From Alphaproteobacteria bacterium (GTDB lineage Bacteria > Pseudomonadota > Alphaproteobacteria > TMED109): DNA of 64,000 bases. Under the pieces are notes generated by a model. The model did no database searches, had not been told where the DNA came from, and was given only the letters and a program-made list of their open reading frames with translations. Positions 1 through 7,690 of the stretch are shown here, piece after piece (positions within the stretch are counted from its first letter, which is position 1; the number at the start of each line of letters is the position of its first letter). The stretch is from the NCBI GenBank assembly GCA_030828505.1, contig JAURCJ010000009.1, positions 40 through 64,039 on the forward strand. The letters run 5' to 3'. The position numbers and the translations under genes were made by a program.

Positions 1-1
1 A

Positions 2-790
2 GTTCCTACTCATTTTATTATTATTTTAGATTATTTAAAACAAAACAATATAAAAAAACCTATGTATCGAAAGTTCTCATTTATGATATCTTCTGCTCCT
101 GCTAGAAAAGATACAAAGAAAGAAATTCTAAAATATTTTAAAACCGCGAACTTATATGAATTATATGGATCTAGTGAGTCAGGATGGGTAACTATGTTAC
201 AACCCGAGGATCAATTTGAGCAATTAGGTTCTGTAGGTAAGGAATGTATTGGTAGCAAACCTATAAAAATTCTTGATGAGAATTTAAACGAAGTTAAAGA
301 TGGAGAAATTGGAGAACTTTATGCTAGCACACCATATAACTTTTCATATTACTGGAAGGATAAAATAAAATCAAAAAAATCATTTATAGAAGATTATGTA
401 ACAGTAGGTGATTTAGCTTTAAGAAATAAACGAGGTTATATACAATTAGTTGATAGAAAAAAAAATATGATAATTTCTGGAGGAGAAAATATTTATCCAT
501 CAGAAGTAGAAAATATATTAGGAGGTCATGTAAAAATAAAAGATATTGCCATTGTAGGTATGCCCGATAAAAAATGGGGGGAGCTGGTATGTGCTTTTAT
601 TGTTTTGCACGAAAAAAATTGTATAAAAGAAGAAGATTTAATTTCATGGGCGAAAACTAAATTAAGTAGTTATAAATGTCCTAAAAAGATTTTTTTTATA
701 GAAAATTATGAAATGCCTAGAAATTCTACAGGGAAAATACTTCATAAGAAATTAAGGGAAAAAATTGATAAATATATGGGAAATAATTAA
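2..790 (+). CDS. AMP-dependent acyl-CoA synthetase/ligase, C-terminal part (5' end lies outside the window)
   Basis: Frame is open from the window edge (VPTHFIIILDYLKQNNIKKP precedes the first Met). AMP-binding C-terminal motifs are present: YGSSESG, GEIGELY, DRKKNMIISGGENIYPSEVE, PRNSTGKILHKKL. Confidence 0.9.
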   Translation, partial: VPTHFIIILDYLKQNNIKKPMYRKFSFMISSAPARKDTKKEILKYFKTANLYELYGSSESGWVTMLQPEDQFEQLGSVGKECIGSKPIKILDENLNEVKDGEIGELYASTPYNFSYYWKDKIKSKKSFIEDYVTVGDLALRNKRGYIQLVDRKKNMIISGGENIYPSEVENILGGHVKIKDIAIVGMPDKKWGELVCAFIVLHEKNCIKEEDLISWAKTKLSSYKCPKKIFFIENYEMPRNSTGKILHKKLREKIDKYMGNN

Positions 791-793
791 GAA

Positions 794-2512
794 ATGACTA
801 ATGATCAAAACTCTAATAATAATTCATGTGCTGCTTGGATAGTTAAATTTTTAAAAGCAAAAAATGTAGACCTCATATTTGGATTACAAGGGGGACATAT
901 ACAACCCATATGGGATTTTTGTTTCAAATTAGGAGTAAAGATTATTGATGTTAGAGATGAAAAAGCAGCTGTTCACATGGCTCAAGCTTATAATATTCTT
1001 ACAGGTAAAGTTGGTGTAGCAATGGTTACTGCAGGCCCTGGAGTAACTAATACAGTAACGGGAATTGCTAATGCTAGCTTATCATCAAATTCAATTTTAT
1101 TAATTGGCGGTTGCAGCCCTTCTCCACAATCTAACATGGGTGGCTTACAAGATATACCCAGTACAGAAATTTTAAAACCTATTACGAGATACTCCAGGAC
1201 AGCTAGAGTTGCAGAACAATTAATTAGAGAATTGGATCTTGCTTATGCTTCGTCTATTGGACAAACAGGTGAATCTGGACCAAGCTATATTGAAATTCCT
1301 ACTAACATACTTAGAAAAACATTAAAAAATAAACTAATTCTTAAAGAATGGATGCAAGCTCAAGAAAAATATAAAGCTTATCCAAACCCTGATGATATCG
1401 CTTACGCTATAAATACACTTAATAATGCTAAAAAACCTCTTCTAATCTCAGGAAGAGGGGCAAAGAACTGCGAAAAAGAATTATTAGAGTTTATTGATAA
1501 AACTAATATTTTATATTTAGATACACAAGATAGCAGAGGTCTTATTCCTAATGATCATCCAAATAATGTATATTCTGCCAGACATAATACAATGACTGAT
1601 GCAGACCTTATTATTCTTATTGGCAGAAGATTAGATTATCAATTAGCATTTGGTTCTCCTGCGATATTTAAAAATGCTAAATTTATAAGAATATCAGATA
1701 ACTTTAATGAATTATTAGATAATAGGAGGGGGTCTCCAGAAATATTAGCAGACACTTCTGAAACCTTAAAACAAATTACTCCACATTTAACAAATTTAAA
1801 ATTTGATAATAATTGGATAGAAAAGATTAAAGAAGAACATAAAAATAGAATTAATAAAATAAACTCAAAAACTATTGAAAAACTTGGTAAAGATGGAAAA
1901 ATTAATCCAAATTTAATTTTTAAAGAAATACGATCATTGCTATCAAATGATTTTATAGGAATTGCAGATGGTGGAGATATTTTAAGTTTTGCTAGAATTG
2001 GTTTAACTTCAAGATACTATCTAGATCCTGGTGTTTTTGGCTGCCTAGGAATAGGCATACCTTATGCAATAGCAGCTTCAGAGGTGTATAAAGATAAAAA
2101 GATTGTATGTGTAATTGGGGACGGCTCTTTTGGATTTAATGCTATGGAAATAGATACAGCTGTAAGAAATAATTCTAATATTTGTATTATTATTTCTAAT
2201 AATGCTGGCTGGAATATTGAAACACATGATCAAAAAATTAACTATGGTGGTAGAATAACAGGAACAAAACTAAGACATTGTAATTATGCAAATCTAGCTA
2301 ATGCTTTAGGTGCTAAAGGAATAAGAGTAGAAAAACCTGATGAATTAAAAGACGCAATAAAATTAGGTATAAAAAATACGCCATCAGTCATTGATGTTGT
2401 AACATCTTCTACAATAATTTCATCTGATGCAACTAAAGGATTAGGGTTTGTTCCAGAATATCAAGCTTTAAATATATGGAATGAATTAGAGACAGAATTT
2501 AGAAAAAAATAA
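794..2512 (+). CDS. Thiamine-diphosphate enzyme of the oxalyl-CoA decarboxylase / 2-hydroxyacyl-CoA lyase / acetolactate-synthase large-subunit family
   Basis: 572 aa. N-terminal GLQGGHIQPIWD and ThDP-binding GDGSFGFNAMEIDTAVRNN...NNAGWN motifs. Starts 3 nt after the ligase stop, so probably co-transcribed. Confidence 0.85.
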   Translation: MTNDQNSNNNSCAAWIVKFLKAKNVDLIFGLQGGHIQPIWDFCFKLGVKIIDVRDEKAAVHMAQAYNILTGKVGVAMVTAGPGVTNTVTGIANASLSSNSILLIGGCSPSPQSNMGGLQDIPSTEILKPITRYSRTARVAEQLIRELDLAYASSIGQTGESGPSYIEIPTNILRKTLKNKLILKEWMQAQEKYKAYPNPDDIAYAINTLNNAKKPLLISGRGAKNCEKELLEFIDKTNILYLDTQDSRGLIPNDHPNNVYSARHNTMTDADLIILIGRRLDYQLAFGSPAIFKNAKFIRISDNFNELLDNRRGSPEILADTSETLKQITPHLTNLKFDNNWIEKIKEEHKNRINKINSKTIEKLGKDGKINPNLIFKEIRSLLSNDFIGIADGGDILSFARIGLTSRYYLDPGVFGCLGIGIPYAIAASEVYKDKKIVCVIGDGSFGFNAMEIDTAVRNNSNICIIISNNAGWNIETHDQKINYGGRITGTKLRHCNYANLANALGAKGIRVEKPDELKDAIKLGIKNTPSVIDVVTSSTIISSDATKGLGFVPEYQALNIWNELETEFRKK

Positions 2513-2593
2513 TTTTATATATAAAAGATTATCCGAACTGGACAACTGCTTTAATAATTTAGTGAACAATTTTTATGGGGAATCGGTTTTTTA

Positions 2594-2612
2594 GTGTACA
2601 AAATCTGTACAC
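2594..2612 (+). terminator. Hairpin downstream of the ThDP-enzyme gene (weak terminator candidate)
   Basis: GTGTACA-AAATC-TGTACAC, a perfect 7-bp stem followed by CCCTTT. There is no long T run. Confidence 0.3.
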
Positions 2613-2645
2613 CCCTTTAATAAATTCTATTGACTTTTGAGGATA

Positions 2646-2721
2646 TGCAAGGGTTACAGAGCAAGGTGTTAATCGGCTGTTAACCGATCGGTCGTAAGTT
2701 CGAATCTTACCCGCGGAGCCA
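2646..2721 (+). tRNA. tRNA-Asn(GUU)-like element; only 2672-2721 (anticodon arm to CCA) is canonical. Possible pseudo-tRNA or att-site remnant
   Basis: 2672-2721 reads ATCGG/CTGTTAA/CCGAT, CGGTC, GTAAG/TTCGAAT/CTTAC, CCGCGGA-G-CCA. The 5' segment in correct register gives only 4/7 acceptor pairs and a 3-bp D stem. TCCGCGG is absent upstream. Confidence 0.5.
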
Positions 2722-2735
2722 TTTAATCCCATGAT

Positions 2736-2754
2736 ATAACTAGGTTATTTTTTT
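2736..2754 (+). terminator. Short hairpin plus T7 run after the tRNA-like element
   Basis: ATAAC-TAG-GTTAT followed by TTTTTTT. Confidence 0.45.
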
Positions 2755-2843
2755 GCCATTAAATTAATAATATTATTTGTTTATAAGCTTTATCTATGTT
2801 AATTTAAAATGTTAAAAACTAATATTTAAGAAGGAAATGTAAA

Positions 2844-3080
2844 ATGACAAATATAATAAAAATAAAAACGGGTGCATGGGCAAACCCAAAAAATATAGCA
2901 ACAGGAAATGTTAGTTCTATTAAAAAAGTAGGAGCATTTTATAGTTTTACTATAAAGCTAGATAATAATGATATTAGGGAATACTCTTTTACGACTTCCA
3001 ATAAAGCAGATCATATGAGAAAAATTATGATTGGGCATTTAGAAGAAAAATTTAAAAAAGAATTAAAATCATATAAATAA
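2844..3080 (+). CDS. Hypothetical small protein (78 aa)
   Basis: AAGGAA Shine-Dalgarno sits 7 nt before the ATG, and a strong terminator follows directly. I recognise no family motif. Confidence 0.55.
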   Translation: MTNIIKIKTGAWANPKNIATGNVSSIKKVGAFYSFTIKLDNNDIREYSFTTSNKADHMRKIMIGHLEEKFKKELKSYK

Positions 3081-3104
3081 TTAATTTTCGATAATATATT
3101 TTAT

Positions 3105-3141
3105 AAAGAGAGTTTTCTTAATGAGAGCTCTCTTTTTTTTT
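3105..3141 (+). terminator. Rho-independent terminator
   Basis: AAAGAGAG (3105-3112) pairs with CTCTCTTT (3128-3135). The inner GAGAGCTCTC is itself a palindrome, and a T run extends to about 3141. Confidence 0.7.
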
Positions 3142-3273
3142 AAAGAGATTAAATTTAAATATTTAATAACTCAAATTTATGAAAATACATGAAAAATGCA
3201 TATATACTTAATTTGAAATACATGTTGTTGCAATATTAATAGAATTATCAATTTTATAATTGATCCCTAAGGG

Positions 3274-3330
3274 CTTAAGAACATGTATATAGTTGTTTAT
3301 CTCTTTCCTTCCCCAAAGCATGTTCTTAAG
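3274..3330. repeat. 12-bp perfect inverted repeat with a 33-nt pyrimidine-rich loop
   Basis: CTTAAGAACATG (3274-3285) and CATGTTCTTAAG (3319-3330). The loop contains CTCTTTCCTTCCCC. Confidence 0.6.
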
Positions 3331-3413
3331 TCTTTACCAAATATATAAATTTATATTTGATAAAAACACCTAACTAATTCAAACTAATTAAAAAATCAAT
3401 TAAGGTATTTAAA

Positions 3414-4178
3414 TTGAGACTAGAAGGAAAAGTTGCATTTATTACTGGAGGCGGAGGCGGAATAGGTCGCGCAACTGCCGAAAGATTTTCAGAAGAAGGA
3501 GCAAAAGTTTGTATTGCAGAAATTGACTCTAAGGTTGGTCAAAAAGCTGCGGAGGCTGCACATTTAAAAGGCAAAAATACTGGGGGTGATGCGTTTTTTA
3601 TAAATACAAATGTTAGCGATGAGGAAAGCGTAAAAAATGCAATAAAGGAGACAATAAAAAAATACGGTAAAATTGACATACTGCATAATAACGCAGGCGG
3701 CTCTACATTAGAAGATGGTCCTGTAACAGAAGCTCCAATAGAAGAATTTTGGAGATGTATAAATCTTGATTTATTAGGTACTTTTCTTTGTTCTAAATTT
3801 GTTATTCCTGAAATTATTAAAGCTGGAGGTGGTTCTGTAATTAATATGTCCTCTAATGTTGCTTTAATGGCATTACCTGGCCGTGATTGTTATACAGCAG
3901 TAAAAGGCGCTATTGCATCTATGACTCGGTCTATGGCAGTTGAATATGCACCTAATAAAATTAGAGTAAATGCTATAGCACCCTCCGTTACTTTGTCTGA
4001 TCGTGTAAAAAAGCTATTAGACAGTAGTACTGAAATCCAAACAATTTCAAAAACACATTTACTTGGCTTAGGTGAACCTATACATGTGGCAGACTTAGCT
4101 GTATATTTAGCTTCAGAAGAATCAAACATTACTACTGGACAAGTTATTTCTGTTGATAGTGGAGTCACTATTGTCTAA
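3414..4178 (+). CDS. Short-chain dehydrogenase/reductase (SDR)
   Basis: TGGGGGIG cofactor motif, NNAG, and a catalytic S...YxxxK (CYTAVKGA). TTG start with AAGG 9 nt upstream. Confidence 0.9.
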   Translation: MRLEGKVAFITGGGGGIGRATAERFSEEGAKVCIAEIDSKVGQKAAEAAHLKGKNTGGDAFFINTNVSDEESVKNAIKETIKKYGKIDILHNNAGGSTLEDGPVTEAPIEEFWRCINLDLLGTFLCSKFVIPEIIKAGGGSVINMSSNVALMALPGRDCYTAVKGAIASMTRSMAVEYAPNKIRVNAIAPSVTLSDRVKKLLDSSTEIQTISKTHLLGLGEPIHVADLAVYLASEESNITTGQVISVDSGVTIV

Positions 4179-4198
4179 TAGTGAATGAAGAGGTTAAT

Positions 4199-5269
4199 AT
4201 GAAAATTGCTGTTATTGGAGGAGGAAATGGAGGTTACGCTGCTGCTGCAGACCTAACAAATAATGGACATGAAATCTATTTTTGGCAAAGATCAAAAAAT
4301 AATTCAAAAGAACTTATTAAAAATAAAAATATTATTATCATGCAAGATCAAAATGGTAAAAAAAGTATTAAAATACATAAAATTTGTAAATCTTTAGTTA
4401 CTGCTATACGCCAAACAGAAATTATAGTTATTTTGCTTCCTGCCTATACACACAAATATCTGGCAAAAAAAATTTCACCTTATCTGCAAGATAATCAGAT
4501 AATATTTTTGCCACCTGGAACTTTTGGCTCCTGGATGTTCTTAAAGCAAACACAAAATAAAACTATATCTTTTGCGGAATCCGGGACACTCCCCTATCTT
4601 ACTCGTAAAAAAAATTCTAATACAGTAGCTATAATTACAAGAGCTTCAAGACTACCTACAGGTATTTATTCAAATACTAATCATAAGGTAATTATAAAAA
4701 AACTTAAAAATATTTATTCTTCAATAATATATTGTGGAGATATATTATCAGCAGCACTCATGAATGCTGGCCCTATTATTCACCCTCCCTTAATAATTTT
4801 AAATGCAGCTCCTCTAGAACATTTTAATAAATGGGACATTCATAATGAAGGCACCCAAAAAAGCGTCCATAAGGTAATGTTTAAACTTGATGAAGAAAGA
4901 ATTAAAATTAGAAAAAGATTAGGTTATGGAGCACCCCATTTTCCTATTAAAGATCACTATGCAAACAAAGGAAAAAAGTGGATGTATGGAAATTTAGCTC
5001 ATGACAAACTTGTAACTTCTAAGGATTGGAGAGAAGATATTAATTTATATTCTCATAGATATATAATTGAAGACATAAAAGAGGGATTAGTATTTATGCA
5101 TTCTATTGGAAAAAAATTAAATATCAATACTCCTGTAACCTCAGGAATATTAAATATAGCATCTGCTTTTACAGGGAGCGACCTTAAAAAAAATGGAAGA
5201 AATCTTAATAACTTAGGTATTAGATTTAGTTTAAATAAATTGCAAAAAATATTAAGTGAAAAAAAATGA
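4199..5269 (+). CDS. NAD/NADP octopine/nopaline (opine) dehydrogenase family protein
   Basis: MKIAVIGGGNGGYAAAADL Rossmann N-terminus and a length typical of the opine dehydrogenase family. ATG 4199 with GAAGAGG upstream is preferred over the GTG at 4181. Confidence 0.75.
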   Translation: MKIAVIGGGNGGYAAAADLTNNGHEIYFWQRSKNNSKELIKNKNIIIMQDQNGKKSIKIHKICKSLVTAIRQTEIIVILLPAYTHKYLAKKISPYLQDNQIIFLPPGTFGSWMFLKQTQNKTISFAESGTLPYLTRKKNSNTVAIITRASRLPTGIYSNTNHKVIIKKLKNIYSSIIYCGDILSAALMNAGPIIHPPLIILNAAPLEHFNKWDIHNEGTQKSVHKVMFKLDEERIKIRKRLGYGAPHFPIKDHYANKGKKWMYGNLAHDKLVTSKDWREDINLYSHRYIIEDIKEGLVFMHSIGKKLNINTPVTSGILNIASAFTGSDLKKNGRNLNNLGIRFSLNKLQKILSEKK

Positions 5270-6237
5270 ATATTATAATTATTGGTTGTGGGAGAATGGG
5301 ACAAGGTATAGCTATTACATTTGCTTTAGCTGGTTACAAAATAAAATTGATAGATATAAAAAAAAGATCAAAAAATGATTTCTCAGAATTATTAATTAAT
5401 ACTAACTCAGGTTTATCTCAAAGTTTAAAAATACTAAGCAATATTAGTTTAATAAAAAAAACAAATATTAAAAAAATATTAAATAATGTTGAGGTTATAA
5501 AATTTAATGAACATAAAAATATAATAAATACAGCAAATATTATTTTTGAATGTGTACCAGAAAAGTTAAATATTAAAAGTAAAGTATTAAATTTAATAAG
5601 CATTAAATCTAATAAAAAAGCAATAATTGCATCTACTACCTCTACCATACTTAGTTCTGATCTTTCTAAATATGTTAAATACAAAAAAAGGTTTTTAAAT
5701 GCCCACTGGTTAAATCCACCTTATTTAATGCCTCTTATAGAAATTTCTCCTTGCAAAGAAACCACAAAAGATAATATTAAAAATATACAAGAAATATTTA
5801 TTTCAATTGGAAAAGTTCCGATTATCTGCAAACCATCTCCAGGATATATTGTACCAAGAATTCAATCTTTAGCTATGAATGAAGCTGCAAGAATATTAGA
5901 AGAAGGAACTGCTTCAGCAGAAGATATTGATAAGTCTGTAATTTATGGTTTCGGTCTAAGGTTTGCTGTACTAGGTTTATTAGAATTTATAGATTGGGGT
6001 GGAATTGATACGTTAAATAATGCAAGCAATTATATGTCTAAAGCAATGAAATCAAAAAGATTCGCAGCGCCAAATATTGTTAAAGATCATGTAAAAAATA
6101 ACGATTTAGGCCTCTCTTCTGAGAGTGGTTTCATGAATTGGAAAAACATAGATGTGCAAAAATACCAAGAAAAAAAACTAAAAAACTTTGTTAAAATTAT
6201 TAAGTTATTAAATATACAACCAAAAATTAAAATTTAA
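5266..6237 (+). CDS. 3-hydroxyacyl-CoA dehydrogenase family protein (NAD-binding plus C-terminal domain; L-carnitine/3-hydroxybutyryl-CoA dehydrogenase-like)
   Basis: IIIIGCGRMGQGIAITFALAGYKIKLID, HWLNPPYLMPLIEI, GYIVPRIQ. ATGA overlap with the upstream gene. Confidence 0.85.
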   Translation: MNIIIIGCGRMGQGIAITFALAGYKIKLIDIKKRSKNDFSELLINTNSGLSQSLKILSNISLIKKTNIKKILNNVEVIKFNEHKNIINTANIIFECVPEKLNIKSKVLNLISIKSNKKAIIASTTSTILSSDLSKYVKYKKRFLNAHWLNPPYLMPLIEISPCKETTKDNIKNIQEIFISIGKVPIICKPSPGYIVPRIQSLAMNEAARILEEGTASAEDIDKSVIYGFGLRFAVLGLLEFIDWGGIDTLNNASNYMSKAMKSKRFAAPNIVKDHVKNNDLGLSSESGFMNWKNIDVQKYQEKKLKNFVKIIKLLNIQPKIKI

Positions 6238-6899
6238 TTTTTAATAAAAGTACATACAACGGCCATATTGTTTATTTTTTTATCTAAATAATTACTATCA
6301 GCATAAATTGGAACTTTTACTTTTTTTATTTTTTTTATTTCTTCTCTATTTTCTAAATTATTAATAATATCTTCAAATTTTTTATTTTCATAATGAACTG
6401 CATTAATGCCGATAGTTAAAATTGCTCCTTCACTACAAATAGATAATAATTTTTTAATTACTTCAGGTCCTAGATGTCCATGAGTAAATACACCTGCACT
6501 AATTATTCCAGAATAATTATTTGGCACATTATATATTGGCTTAGTCAAATCAATTTCATATAAATTGTTATAAATCTTTTTTTCTTTAGCTACTTTTAGC
6601 ATCTCTGGAGATATATCAAAACCATCAATTATGAAATCATTATTTAAGCTTTTTAACTCTTGTGCTACTAATCCAGTTCCACATCCTATATCACAAATCA
6701 ATCCCTTGTTATTATAATTTTTAAGAAACTCATTTGCTATACCTTTTGGATAATTATAATTTAATGCAATTGCAAAAACTTCTTCATAATAATCTGAAAA
6801 ATTTTTATAATATGAAATATTATCAGCAGGTGTCCTAAGATTATAAGCGCCCTCTAGAAGCTTCAGCGCTTTAGATTTACTATTTTTATCGTTATTCAT
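6234..6899 (-). CDS. Class I SAM-dependent methyltransferase
   Basis: Motif I reads ICDIGCGTGLVAQEL, with a downstream DGFDISPEML. Confidence 0.85.
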   Translation of the reverse strand: MNNDKNSKSKALKLLEGAYNLRTPADNISYYKNFSDYYEEVFAIALNYNYPKGIANEFLKNYNNKGLICDIGCGTGLVAQELKSLNNDFIIDGFDISPEMLKVAKEKKIYNNLYEIDLTKPIYNVPNNYSGIISAGVFTHGHLGPEVIKKLLSICSEGAILTIGINAVHYENKKFEDIINNLENREEIKKIKKVKVPIYADSNYLDKKINNMAVVCTFIKN

Positions 6900-6957
6900 A
6901 ATATTTTCTCATATTTTTAAAGCATTTATTTAATAAATATTTTAAGATTATATCACT

Positions 6958-7574
6958 ATGGAGATTATAAATAGACATACCTAAAAAAGCTAGAGCTGTT
7001 ATAATTGGAGGTGGGGTCATAGGCTGTTCTGTTGCTTATCATTTAGGTAAAATAGGCTGGAAAGATGTAGTTTTATTAGAAAGAAAAAAGCTAACATGTG
7101 GTACAACCTGGCACGCAGCTGGTCTTATTGCTCAATTAAGGGCTACAAAAAATATGACACGCCTCGCTAAATACTCTCAAGAGTTATACCAAAAATTAGA
7201 AGAAGAAACTGGTCTTTCTACTGGATTCAAAAGAAATGGATCGATTACAGTAGCATTAAATAATGAAAGAATGGAAGAATTAAGAAGATCAGCAGCAATG
7301 GCTAGAGCATTCGGAGTTGAAATTGAAGAAATTACTCCAAACCAAATTTTAGACCGATACCCTAAACTTAAAATTGATGATACCGTTGGAGGATTATGGG
7401 CATTATTTAAAAGGAGCTATAGGACTAGGATATATACAATGTAACAAAGTTGGAGAAAAAATTGAAAACATATTAAATTCTAACTATGAAATAGATGTTG
7501 CAGGAGAAAAAATTCAAGCAGATGTAAGCCTTAAACCTATGTATGATCCAAAATCAATTAAAATCAAATTGTAA
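6958..7574 (+). pseudogene. Remnant of a dimethylglycine/sarcosine dehydrogenase-type gene (FAD DAO domain fused to the GcvT C-terminal tail): frameshifted and internally deleted
   Basis: ATG 6958 runs into TAA after 8 codons. Frame 2 then reads KKARAVIIGGGVIGCSVAYHLGKIGWKDVVLLERKKLTCGTTWHAAGL...DDTVGG. Frame 3 reads DYGHYLKGAIGLGYIQ...KPMYDPKSIKIKL, which is the C-terminal end of the family. The total is about 200 codons, against roughly 800 as I recall for intact members. Confidence 0.75.
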
Positions 7575-7658
7575 AAATATTACTTTTATTTGTTTCATAA
7601 AATATTAAGAACCTACTAATATTCCCAAACTGGTACTTAGAGTAATTATAACGCTTTT

Positions 7659-7685
7659 ACAGAGGTTAATATTTTTAACCTCTGT
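7659..7685. terminator. Hairpin between convergent genes (possible bidirectional terminator)
   Basis: ACAGAGGTTAA-TATTT-TTAACCTCTGT, a perfect 11-bp stem. The flanking T/A runs are weak. Confidence 0.5.
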
Positions 7686-7690
7686 ATTAA

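Noticed and set aside
2570-2721. Possible acceptor piece of an alphaproteobacterial two-piece (permuted) tmRNA, because it is a tRNA-like 3' end with no 5' half
   Set aside because: The T loop is the ordinary tRNA form TTCGAAT, not the alphaproteobacterial tmRNA signature. The 3' end is ...GGAGCCA (G discriminator, Asn-like), not the alanine-type ...TCCACCA. A clear GTT anticodon arm is present, and no tag ORF or GGGG-type 5' strand follows.
7154-7574. ORFs 7154-7444 and 7374-7574 as two separate small genes
   Set aside because: They are the N-terminal FAD-domain piece and the C-terminal tail of a single dimethylglycine/sarcosine-dehydrogenase-type gene, in different frames. They are annotated together as a pseudogene.
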